IMG/VR virus record: IMGVR_UViG_2517287023_000001
Source of the DNA: an uncultured virus (IMG/VR IMGVR_UViG_2517287023_000001)
Lineage: Duplodnaviria > Heunggongvirae > Uroviricota > Caudoviricetes
Strand: one strand, 5' to 3'
Length of the DNA: 20,000 bases
Both the position numbers and the translations under genes were made by a program. Each line of letters starts with the position of its first letter. The stretch's first letter is position 1. Shown here piece by piece: positions 1 through 8,094 of this stretch. The notes under the pieces are model-generated. The model did not search any database. It had not been told where the DNA came from and saw nothing but the letters and a program-made list of their open reading frames with translations.

Positions 1-431
1 CGACCGGCCGGACACGGCAGTCGCGCAACCGCGACAGCCCGCAGAAGACCCGCGCGGCATACCTCAAACTGCGTGACCAGGAGCCGGGCATCAGTCAGGT
101 CGCGGCGGCTAGGCGTCTGGGCCTGAACCCGGCGACCTTGCGACGGCGGCTACAGGAAACCGACGTGGAGCCGCAGCTTCCTGCACAGGTGTCGGTGGCA
201 CGTGCCGTTGATCCGCAGCCTCACGCACATTCGGTAGCGAGCGCCGTGGACCCGGAGCAGGAACGGAGGATCGACACCTATTTGGAGTTGGTGGAGGAGT
301 TGTCCTCGTCCCGTGACCGGTGGAAGGAGCGTGCCGAAAGAGCCGAGCGTGAGCGCGATGCGGCTAGGAAAAAGCTGGACGCCGTGCGCGCGGCCGTTCA
401 GGCAACGCTGCCGGTCATTGAGCAGGACTGA
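1..431 (+). CDS. 5'-truncated helix-turn-helix DNA-binding protein with C-terminal coiled coil
   Basis: The frame of ORF 138..431 is open back to the window start and reads ...AAYLKLRDQEPGISQVAAARRLGLNPATLRRRL (HTH pattern). The C-terminal part LEL..RDRWKERAERAERERDAARKKL looks like a coiled coil. Confidence 0.7.
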   Translation, partial: TGRTRQSRNRDSPQKTRAAYLKLRDQEPGISQVAAARRLGLNPATLRRRLQETDVEPQLPAQVSVARAVDPQPHAHSVASAVDPEQERRIDTYLELVEELSSSRDRWKERAERAERERDAARKKLDAVRAAVQATLPVIEQD

Positions 432-565
432 CCTGCCAACGCCACAACTCATGGGAGCGTAGAAGGGTGACGGGATTTGATCCGTTGGGCTGGCTCGCGC
501 CCCCAGGGCCCCCGTCACCCCCGGCCATGCTCCGGCTCGACAGCGCTGCACGACCAACTTGCAGG

Positions 566-647
566 CCACCAGAAACCCGAGAAACACCCCTTGTGTGATT
601 CTAGCTGTCCCGCTAGTGTTTGGGTTGTGGTTGGGGAGCTGGACCCC
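566..647 (+). promoter_or_regulatory. Putative sigma70-type promoter cassette, copy 1
   Basis: TTGTGT(591-596)-17bp-TAGTGT(614-619). Upstream CCACCAGAAAC, spacer TTCTA.CTG and downstream GGGGAGCTGGACCCC are all shared with 2298-2381. Confidence 0.65.
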
Positions 648-672
648 GACCCGAACGAGAGGGGAGTAGCGA

Positions 673-1383
673 ATGGACTTCGCCGAGCTGCAAGCGGAAC
701 ACAATGCGGCTATAGACGCTGGCAAGCCCATGGCTGTTATCGCTGAGATCTCGCGGAAGATCCGGGACTACATCATGTCGGGAAAGCCGGTTTCGGCTGA
801 GAAGCCGAGAACCGGGAAGCAGCACCCCCCGGAGGGGAAGGCCGAGCGGCCGACCGACCAAATAGCCGGTCTCCCTCCGGCCACGGATGACCAGCGCGCC
901 TATGTGCACGACCTCATCCATGGATTGGCGCCGCGCCTCTCGGTCGACCAGGAGGAGATCGACGGCACTATCGCCGACACCCATTCGCCCGCGCGCCGGG
1001 CGATGGAACTACATCTGGCCATCGAGGAATTTCTGACCATTGCGGACGAGTGTCGGCAGGCTCGCCCATTGGGCGACGAGTCCCCCCGCCTCCCCGACGG
1101 GTGGTATGTGCTGGAGGGTGGCGTGTATCGCATCGAGCGGCGCACGGTTGCAGGTAATACCGGTATTGCCGTTCGGTCCGCGGGGCCAGACGGTACACCG
1201 GGGCCAGCAGTCGCCTACCGGGCGAAGAAGAAGGAAATCGTGGAAGCCCTGTCGAAGGACCCGGTCACCGCTATGCGGGCGTACGGGCTGCGTACCGGGC
1301 GGTGCGGGCTGGACAACACCCTGTTGGAGGGGGAAACCGCTCGCCACTATGGGATTCACGCCGCTTGCCTGTGTAGTGCCTGA
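673..1383 (+). CDS. Phage hypothetical protein with C-terminal DUF6011-like module
   Basis: RBS GAGGGGAG before ATG. C-terminus DP..AMRAYGLRTGRCG...L....ARHYGIHAAC resembles the DUF6011 pattern YG..TG.C..C...L......GIGP.C. A perfect hairpin follows the stop. Confidence 0.7.
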   Translation: MDFAELQAEHNAAIDAGKPMAVIAEISRKIRDYIMSGKPVSAEKPRTGKQHPPEGKAERPTDQIAGLPPATDDQRAYVHDLIHGLAPRLSVDQEEIDGTIADTHSPARRAMELHLAIEEFLTIADECRQARPLGDESPRLPDGWYVLEGGVYRIERRTVAGNTGIAVRSAGPDGTPGPAVAYRAKKKEIVEALSKDPVTAMRAYGLRTGRCGLDNTLLEGETARHYGIHAACLCSA

Positions 1384-1386
1384 CAC

Positions 1387-1423
1387 CGGGTGAGGGCCCG
1401 CCGCTACGGCGGGCCCTCACCCG
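1387..1423. terminator. Perfect 17-bp hairpin, probable intrinsic terminator
   Basis: CGGGTGAGGGCCCGCCG-CTA-CGGCGGGCCCTCACCCG immediately after the stop at 1383. Confidence 0.75.
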
Positions 1424-1429
1424 CCGGCC

Positions 1430-2300
1430 CCGCAGCAACCGAATGCATCCAAAGAGGAAGTCTCGGGCGGGGAGTGTCCGCGCGACTACTCTTAGCGTAT
1501 GGTCACGCGGTAGATCGCATCGGACTTCATCGTTGGGCAATCCGGGGGATGGTTGGTGTGTTCTACGGTTGGGTATTGTCTTCGCGAGCGGCCTTAACCT
1601 ACCCTCACCGGCCGCGCGTCGTTACTGGCCGGCATCGTCGGCGTTTTACGCACACAACAGGTCTAGCTTGTGCCCGCAGGGTCTTACCCTCTGTCGACGT
1701 AGTGGTTCGCCCCATCCACGGTGTGTCGTTGGCGCTTCCCCCCGTGGCGCTACGGCGGCCGAGGTGTTAGGGCTGTTCCCCGTCGGCAGACCGGAGGACG
1801 GGGGCCGGGCCGCCTCAGGCGACACGGCCCCCGTCGGGCCCTCTCCCACGCGACCGCGCGACTGGTCCCGCGTGGGGTGGAGGGAACGGCGACGGTGCGA
1901 GAGTGCCTGGAGGGCGTGGCAAGCCCCGCGCAGCCCTCAACAGCTCTCGCGCCGTCGCCGCCCGGTTGCCCTCAGTGTGAAGTCATTCGGTGTGCGCGAT
2001 GTGGTGAGTCGGGTCCGCCCCGCAAGTGGTTTCCGGGGTGGGGCGTAGGGATCAATAAATCTACGAACGCAAGTTTACAAGTCGGGTGCCAGACGTTACC
2101 CCGGGCCGCCCCCCGGATGCCACCGGTAAGGGTCCGGTAAGGAGTGCGCTCTACGGCCGAACCCGCGTGAGCGAATCGTTGTATACCTCTGCGCAAGAGC
2201 GCACCTTATGTGGGTTTTTGGGCCTAGCCGGATGGTCGGTCAACGAGGTTCGGGTGAGCGGGCCCCATCGCTAAGGGTGACCCTCCCCAAAACCAGCCCA
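1430..2300. ncRNA. Candidate large structured non-coding region or RNA, strand uncertain
   Basis: No convincing ORF. Successive stems at 1608-1632, 1716-1747, 1797-1835, 1839-1884, 1887-1960 and 2138-2208. Confidence 0.45.
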
Positions 2301-2381
2301 CCAGAAACGCCTAAATATCCCTTGAATCTTTCTATCTGGCTCGGTAATGTGGGTCCTGTTGCAGCGAGGGGAGCTGACCCC
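2298..2381 (+). promoter_or_regulatory. Putative sigma70-type promoter cassette, copy 2
   Basis: TTGAAT(2322-2327)-17bp-TAATGT(2345-2350), with CCACCAGAAAC, TTCTA.CTG and GGGGAGCTGACCCC as in copy 1. Confidence 0.7.
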
Positions 2382-2414
2382 CCCGCCCTAACCCCCAAGG
2401 AGGGCGAGCAGGCC

Positions 2415-3152
2415 ATGAAGTTGAGTCGCGAAGACTACCTGCGCAAGGTCCGCGCTCTTTTAGCCCAGGCACAGGACCCGGCGACCCCGCCGGAAGCGGC
2501 GGAAAACATGACCACGAAGGCAATGGAACTGATGGCACGACACGGCATCGAAGTGGCTCTGGCCGCAGATGCCGGGGGGTCGGAAGCAGACCCCATCATC
2601 GACCACAAGATGCCGCTAAAGGGCCAGTACCTGACGGACATGATAGTGATTCTGGTGAGTGTCGCGGAACCGCTGGGAATCAAGCACGTCCAGATCCGAG
2701 GCCGAGTGCGGACCGAATGCGTAATGCACCTGTTCGGACCGGCCAGCAGCATCGAACGGGCTGACATGCTCTTCACCTCCCTCATGGTCCAGTGTGTAGG
2801 GGCGATGGCAGGAAGCCAGCCCGAGGGCTTGAAAGGGCCCGACTTGAGAAAGTGGAAAAGCGACTTCATCTTCTACTTCGCGGCGGCCGTGTATGGGCGG
2901 CTGGAGGCGATCGAGAAGCAGGCAACTGACTCGGTTGCGGGCACCGGAACGGATCTTGTTCCGGTGCTAAGTCGACGTTCCGCCGCAGTGGACGAGCGGG
3001 TGAAGGCGATGTACCCGCGATTGAAGCGCTCCCGCACTTTGGTGCGTGGGCGCTCCGCCCACGGCAAGGAGGCGGGCCGAAGGGCCGGGCAGCGCGCGGA
3101 CATTGGCCAGCGCACAACCTCGGACGGGAGTCGCAACGCGCTCGGTCACTAG
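2415..3152 (+). CDS. DUF2786-like domain protein (245 aa)
   Basis: RBS AAGGAGG before ATG 2415. The N-terminus LRKVRALLAQAQDPATPPEAAE...KAMELMARHGI and the C-terminal AGRRAGQRADIG match the DUF2786-type family common in actinobacterial mobile elements. Confidence 0.85.
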   Translation: MKLSREDYLRKVRALLAQAQDPATPPEAAENMTTKAMELMARHGIEVALAADAGGSEADPIIDHKMPLKGQYLTDMIVILVSVAEPLGIKHVQIRGRVRTECVMHLFGPASSIERADMLFTSLMVQCVGAMAGSQPEGLKGPDLRKWKSDFIFYFAAAVYGRLEAIEKQATDSVAGTGTDLVPVLSRRSAAVDERVKAMYPRLKRSRTLVRGRSAHGKEAGRRAGQRADIGQRTTSDGSRNALGH

Positions 3153-3194
3153 CACAGTGCCCCCGGGGCGGTAGCCGCCCCGGGGGGCACTGTG
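3153..3194. terminator. Long inverted repeat, probable terminator
   Basis: CACAGTGCCCCC-GGGGCGG-TAG-CCGCCCC-GGGGGGCACTGTG directly after the stop at 3152. Confidence 0.75.
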
Positions 3195-3303
3195 AGGCGA
3201 CACCAGCAATATCGGAAACTGTCAGTAGCGGTACGGCCACCATCCGGGCGGGAGCTGGAACCCACCGGACACGGGCCCCACCACTTGCCGAGAGGACCCG
3301 AAG

Positions 3304-3507
3304 ATGAAATTCGTTGTCACCACCGTAGCCAGTAACAGCAGCGGCCCCATCGACCAGGTAACCAGGATCGTCGGGGGAACCCAGCTTGCCGGGCGCTCCG
3401 ACGCACAGCAGGCCGCAGTGCACGTGGCCATCCGGAAACACCGGGAAATCCTCAGCTCGCGGGGACCCGTGGAGATCGCGGTGAGCAAACTACGCCGCAT
3501 CCTCTGA
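3304..3507 (+). CDS. Small hypothetical protein (67 aa)
   Basis: RBS GAGAGGA and ATG start, protein-like composition, and it ends at the hairpin separating convergent genes. Confidence 0.65.
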   Translation: MKFVVTTVASNSSGPIDQVTRIVGGTQLAGRSDAQQAAVHVAIRKHREILSSRGPVEIAVSKLRRIL

Positions 3508-3524
3508 CCCCCCAGTCATCCGGT

Positions 3525-3554
3525 GCGCGGCGGGGGAAGCAGTCCCCGCCGCGC
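3525..3554. terminator. Bidirectional terminator hairpin between convergent genes
   Basis: GCGCGGCGGGG-GAAGCAGT-CCCCGCCGCGC lies between the stops at 3507 (+) and 3562 (-). Confidence 0.7.
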
Positions 3555-3561
3555 CCCACCG

Positions 3562-4386
3562 CTACGTGATGGGGTTGCGGTAGGCGGCGTCCCAGGTCTG
3601 CACGCCCAACAGCCCGTCCACGCGCAGACCCTGATCCTTCTGAAACGCCTTGATCAACTCCTGGTACTCCGGGCCATAGATGCCGTCGCGGCCGGACCGG
3701 CGCAGATAACGCTGTCCCTTGCCTGCCGGCCAGCCTCGACGGACGAGCTGCCCGGCCCACTGGGCGAGCCACGTGCGGTCCGCCTTGCCCTTGAAGGTGC
3801 GCCGGTAGTAGCCCGACACCGACCGGTCACCGCCCGCCTTCGGGCCGAAGTAGTAGCCGCTGGGCAATGGGAACGGCACGGCCGGGCCCGGTGCCGGCCG
3901 AGACGGCGACGGCGACGGCGGGGGCCCGTCGACGGGCATTCCCGCGCGTAGCCACACGTGCAACTCGTCGCCGGGGCAGGCAGTCGCGGCGAGGTCGCGG
4001 TGCCCGGTGCGCGTCAGCGTGCGCCCGGTGCGCCGGCACGCCTCGTCATACAGCCATCGCACCGCGGCCAGGACTTTCGGTCCGGCGTCGCGGTCCCGGC
4101 CGATGAAACACACGCCGATTGACTCGGTGTTGTACCCGGAGGCGTGCGCGCCCAGAACGTCCCACCCGCGCCCCTCGAAGATCTCACCATCGGCATTGAC
4201 CAGAAAGTTGTATCCAACGTCGGCCCAGCCACGCGTGTGCATGTGGTACGCCTGAATGGCCTTGGGGGTTTGGTCCGGGCTCGCGGCAGAGTAGTGGACC
4301 ACGAACCGGCGTCGGTCCGAAACGGCCACCTTTTGAACGCTGTGGGCTGGACGTGCGCCCCACTGAGAACGGCTGATGATCTTCAT
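3562..4386 (-). CDS. Endolysin: N-acetylmuramoyl-L-alanine amidase (Amidase_2/PGRP-like) with C-terminal peptidoglycan-binding domain
   Basis: IISRSQWGA, VVHYSA, HMHTRGWADVGYNFLV, IFEGRGW, GAHA, GHRD..ATACPG; Pro-rich linker; DGIYGP...IKAFQKDQGLRVDGLLGVQTW; RBS AAGGAG. Confidence 0.95.
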   Translation of the reverse strand: MKIISRSQWGARPAHSVQKVAVSDRRRFVVHYSAASPDQTPKAIQAYHMHTRGWADVGYNFLVNADGEIFEGRGWDVLGAHASGYNTESIGVCFIGRDRDAGPKVLAAVRWLYDEACRRTGRTLTRTGHRDLAATACPGDELHVWLRAGMPVDGPPPSPSPSRPAPGPAVPFPLPSGYYFGPKAGGDRSVSGYYRRTFKGKADRTWLAQWAGQLVRRGWPAGKGQRYLRRSGRDGIYGPEYQELIKAFQKDQGLRVDGLLGVQTWDAAYRNPIT

Positions 4387-4476
4387 GCGTGCTCCTTCTG
4401 TGTCGGGTGCAGACGGAAATCAGGCCGCTCACCCCAGCAATGTCGGGTGGCGGCCTTGACGTTGGTGTCAAGGACG

Positions 4477-6384
4477 TTAGAGGGGATAGCCCCAGATAGC
4501 CTCGAGCGGCGGAGCGGCCGTAAACGGTGTGCTCATGGACACGCGGACCTGGCCGTCGGACGCCGAGATACCGGAGTACGAGATGGTGATCGACGCGCCG
4601 CTGTCGTGGATGTCCAACCAGCCGAACGCCATCAGGTTGGTGTTCGGCGTACCCGCCCAGTAGCCGTGACTCCACAGCTCGAATTGCTGCGTAGAGCCCT
4701 GGTCTAAGGGGGCGCCTCCGGCCTGCGGCAGGTAACAACCGGGTGAGGAACCGTCGTCGGCGGCCAGGGCGTGCCGGTCACCGAAGATCACGAACGCTTG
4801 CACCTGAGGACGGTCGGCGATCCATTGCCGGATCTCCTGGAATTCGGTGGCGTAGCTGCCCCACCGGTCGCCGCCTGCGGAGTCGTGCCGCCAGTAGATC
4901 CCCGACACGATGATCTTGACGGGTTCCGGTTGGAGGAGCTGGTCGTAGAGCCACCCCTTCTGCTCGGCCCCGAGAAGCGTCTTGCTGGCGCTCTCCGGAT
5001 CGGTGCGGGGTGTGCGCTGCGAACGCGTGTCCAGCACGATGAACCGGATGCGTCCGATGACCATCGACTGATAGATGGCCGTGGACCCCGCCGTGGCAAG
5101 CGGGTAGTGGGGAACAACCTGCCGGTAGGCCGCCGCGTTCACCGGGCCGGCGGGAGAGGTGCTGTCGCTGTCGGTGCCGCCCCAATCGTGGTTGTCCCAG
5201 ACGTAGAGCATGGGCACCGCGGCCGTCATGGTCTGCATGGTCGGTTGGGACATCGACGTGCGGTACTGCGCCAATGCCTCAGCGGTCGACCACCCCGCGC
5301 CAGGATCGCGGTAGTGCAGGTCCCCCTCATGCAAAATCCGCCGTGCGAGCCCGTAGGGTCCCTGCCGGGCGGCGATCTGCGCGAACGTGGCCGCGTTGGA
5401 GTTGGTCTGGTTGCAGCTACCGAACGCGACCGAAAAACTTGCGACGGTGCCGGGCGTCGGGTCGGTGGTGAACAGTCCCCGCCCGGTGTCCAGGAGCATC
5501 CCGTTGGCCTCGAGGCCGTACCAGTGCGTGGTGTCCGGGTCGAGCCCAGAAACGGTGATCTTGACGAACCCGTCTGCGTCCACGGCCGTGTCCGCTGAGT
5601 GCACGGGGGAGATGAGAGTGGGGCTCTGCGACACCGCCAGTCTCACCGACGAAACATTCTGCAACGCGTACGTGACGGTTGCGGTGTGGTCGGTGAGCGC
5701 CCCCGCCCAACTGAAAAGCACCGTCGGCATGAGCGCCGCGGGCCCAAGCCATCCCTCGTCGGAGTAGCCGAGATCATCCAACACGCCGGCCACACCAAAC
5801 GCGGCGTTGGTCTGCCCGAACCACACCTCCGTGATGGGCCCACCGAAATCCCCGGTGATCACCCCGGAGTCCTGTGTCGGCGTGATCGCATCACCCGCGA
5901 AGATCTGGACCTGGCACGGACGCGCGTCGAACCCTTCCACGGACGCCTCGACACGCCACCAGGTGCCGGCGGCAAGCGCAGCGCTGACCCAGACCACGAC
6001 GTTCGACTTGTTGTACATGGTGACGATGCCGTCGGCCGACACCGAAAGGCGGAACCGCTGACCGGTGCTGCCGGTGTTCATCCCGCGCAGCACCGACAGG
6101 GTGCCGGTGATGGTGCCCGGGTCCACGTACAGGCGGTAATACTGGGCGTTCGTCACCGCCAACGGGTTGACAGCCCAACCGCGCCGCGACGGACCGGCCG
6201 GCGACTGCACACCAACGGACATACACAGCAGGCCACGCGCGCCCACACCGGAATACACGCACGTTGAGGCCGCCGAGTCGGTGGACAACGTGAACGGGTT
6301 ACCCGCCTCGACTTCCCCCGAGTTACCGGTCGTGACTGTCGTCCCGGGCGGCAGACCCGTCTCGAAGCTGTTGGTGAGCCTCAC
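4477..6384 (-). CDS. phoD: PhoD-like alkaline phosphatase/phosphodiesterase fused to an N-terminal beta-rich tail-type domain
   Basis: PhoD motifs AFGSC, GDLHYRD, WDNHDW, VLDTRSQR, LLG.EQ..WL and GDRH, preceded by an FN3-like segment (VKITVSGLDPDTTHWY). The first ~215 aa are beta-rich. GTGA overlap with the upstream tail gene. Confidence 0.85.
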   Translation of the reverse strand: MRLTNSFETGLPPGTTVTTGNSGEVEAGNPFTLSTDSAASTCVYSGVGARGLLCMSVGVQSPAGPSRRGWAVNPLAVTNAQYYRLYVDPGTITGTLSVLRGMNTGSTGQRFRLSVSADGIVTMYNKSNVVVWVSAALAAGTWWRVEASVEGFDARPCQVQIFAGDAITPTQDSGVITGDFGGPITEVWFGQTNAAFGVAGVLDDLGYSDEGWLGPAALMPTVLFSWAGALTDHTATVTYALQNVSSVRLAVSQSPTLISPVHSADTAVDADGFVKITVSGLDPDTTHWYGLEANGMLLDTGRGLFTTDPTPGTVASFSVAFGSCNQTNSNAATFAQIAARQGPYGLARRILHEGDLHYRDPGAGWSTAEALAQYRTSMSQPTMQTMTAAVPMLYVWDNHDWGGTDSDSTSPAGPVNAAAYRQVVPHYPLATAGSTAIYQSMVIGRIRFIVLDTRSQRTPRTDPESASKTLLGAEQKGWLYDQLLQPEPVKIIVSGIYWRHDSAGGDRWGSYATEFQEIRQWIADRPQVQAFVIFGDRHALAADDGSSPGCYLPQAGGAPLDQGSTQQFELWSHGYWAGTPNTNLMAFGWLDIHDSGASITISYSGISASDGQVRVSMSTPFTAAPPLEAIWGYPL

Positions 6385-7073
6385 GCCTTCTCCACCGCAA
6401 CCTGCACCGTCAGGTCAGCACCGGCGGTGGTGGACCCGACCGAGTCGACGTCTACCGTGAGATAGTCCCCGGTGTCCCAGGTCACCACGTCGATAGCGGT
6501 CACGAATCCGGACGTACTCTGCCCGTCGATGATCGCCGGCCGCGCAGATTGGTTCGAAAAGATGGTGGTGCCGTTGCGGTTCACGTCGATGCGTATCGAC
6601 ACGCTGCCGGTCGGTGGCGTACCGACGCTCGCCCGAACGCCGGAGATGAGCAGGTTGTAGCCGCTGTCGTTGTACAGCCGGTGCCGACCGGCCCCCACGG
6701 TCACGTCACCGATCTGCGACAGCGGCGGAAGGATCGTGCGCGGCACCGCCACCACGTCGGCCGCGTCGGTGGTGACCATCAAAACCCTGGGGCCGCCATC
6801 ACACTCGGCCCACATCTGCGTGACCCCATCGGGCCCCCGAAACGCCGGTATCTGCCCCTTGGAGCGCAGCCCGCTACCGTCCTCGCTGAGGATCTGCAAG
6901 GTCGGCTGGCCGTTTGGGTCCAAAAGGTCGGTGTACTGCGTGCCGCCCGCCTCCGCGTTGTAGAACGTGCACACGAGTCCGCCCTGAAGTTGGGCAAGAT
7001 CGGGCACCGCGTCGGCGCTCACCCCGTTGAACGTCCAGTCGGCAGGCCCACCGCCGAACCAGTACCGCGCCAT
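6381..7073 (-). CDS. Minor tail or tail-fibre adaptor protein (230 aa)
   Basis: Start MARYWFGGG with RBS GAGGGG. N-terminal FYNAEAGGTQYTDLLD...FRGPDGVTQMW resembles actinophage tail-fibre N-termini; the C-terminal domain is beta-rich. Position after the minor tail genes. Confidence 0.7.
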   Translation of the reverse strand: MARYWFGGGPADWTFNGVSADAVPDLAQLQGGLVCTFYNAEAGGTQYTDLLDPNGQPTLQILSEDGSGLRSKGQIPAFRGPDGVTQMWAECDGGPRVLMVTTDAADVVAVPRTILPPLSQIGDVTVGAGRHRLYNDSGYNLLISGVRASVGTPPTGSVSIRIDVNRNGTTIFSNQSARPAIIDGQSTSGFVTAIDVVTWDTGDYLTVDVDSVGSTTAGADLTVQVAVEKA

Positions 7074-7119
7074 GCGCAGCCCCCTCTTTCCTGGTGTTGG
7101 GTAGACGAGACGTTGCCCG

Positions 7120-8094
7120 TTAGAGGACCGGGTAGGAGACCGTGACCGCGACTTCCCGGCCCGCGGGGATGCCGCCGTTGACACCGACCGACACCGAGCC
7201 GTCGGTATGAACCTCGAACCTCGCCGGCCTGTCCTCATAGCCGTTGACGCCGCTGGCGAGAACCATCAGGTCTCGGGGCGGGAACCCGCGGGACAGTGCT
7301 GGCGAGGGCGGCAGGTAGCAACAGGTCGAAGAGAGCCCGTGAGGCACGTCGCTGCCGTAGCGGTACAGCCTGATCTGCACGGTGACAACGCCGTTGAGTC
7401 GGCGGGCCCGCGCAAACCCGTTCGTCGCGGTCTGCCACCCGCTCGCGGAGGGGCCGTGAACAAACGGGGTGCAGTTCACCCAACCGGTGTCTTCGTGCAG
7501 CGGCAGCCACCTGAAGCCGTCGCACAGCATCAGCCGCGAGGTGTCAATCTCCCAGTAGGTGCGGCCCACCACGGCACGCGGCGGGTACAGCGAGTACGCG
7601 CGGACCCCACCGACGTCATCGACCTGCCACGCAATGGACACCACCTGCGATGGTGATATCGAGGTGGTGCCGTGTGGCACCGTCACCCGCCCCAGCGGGA
7701 TTTCGTACACCCCTGGATCGGTGCGTTGCTGCACCGGCCACGGGGAACCCGAGCCGGGCACGCCGGCCCGGATTTCGAGGGCCACCGAGTAGCCCGGGCG
7801 GGTCAGCCGCAGCACCACCAGGTCCACACGTTGCTGCCCGGACTCGTTGGCAGCTATGGCGATGGTGGAGTCCGTGTCACCGGACTCCCACTTGAACCCC
7901 CGTAGAAGGCCGTGCTTGCCGGCACGAACCGTGATGTGCATGCCAGTGTCATCGGCGTAGAAGATCGGCAGTTCCCCGACGTCTTCCCCCGGAGTGGTTT
8001 GCCAGCCGTCAGCCAGGGACCGGCGCATCAACGATTCGTATTCGCGGTCGGTGATGATCCGGTCCGGCGGCAACGGATATGAGGTCTGGGCCAT
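7120..8094 (-). CDS. Minor tail protein
   Basis: Start MAQTSYP overlaps the upstream stop (TGATG). Motifs IAANESGQQRVDLVVLRL and YEIPLGRVTVP are typical of actinophage minor tail proteins. Confidence 0.8.
   Translation of the reverse strand: MAQTSYPLPPDRIITDREYESLMRRSLADGWQTTPGEDVGELPIFYADDTGMHITVRAGKHGLLRGFKWESGDTDSTIAIAANESGQQRVDLVVLRLTRPGYSVALEIRAGVPGSGSPWPVQQRTDPGVYEIPLGRVTVPHGTTSISPSQVVSIAWQVDDVGGVRAYSLYPPRAVVGRTYWEIDTSRLMLCDGFRWLPLHEDTGWVNCTPFVHGPSASGWQTATNGFARARRLNGVVTVQIRLYRYGSDVPHGLSSTCCYLPPSPALSRGFPPRDLMVLASGVNGYEDRPARFEVHTDGSVSVGVNGGIPAGREVAVTVSYPVL

Noticed and set aside
1453..1468. GAGGAAGTC resembling the RNase P RNA GAGGAAAGUCC motif
   Set aside because: The match is imperfect and there is no matching 3' P4 strand.
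1390..2274. ORFs 1390..1770, 1443..2048, 1721..2140 and 1972..2196
   Set aside because: Arg/Pro/Gly-rich shadow-type translations without an RBS or recognisable motifs.
2208..2414. Upstream extension of the DUF2786-like ORF
   Set aside because: It overlaps the promoter cassette, and the strong RBS and domain start support ATG 2415.
2460..2462. Rare TTA codon in the DUF2786-like gene (another in the PhoD-like gene) as bldA-type control
   Set aside because: The host genus is unknown and isolated TTA codons are common in phage genes.
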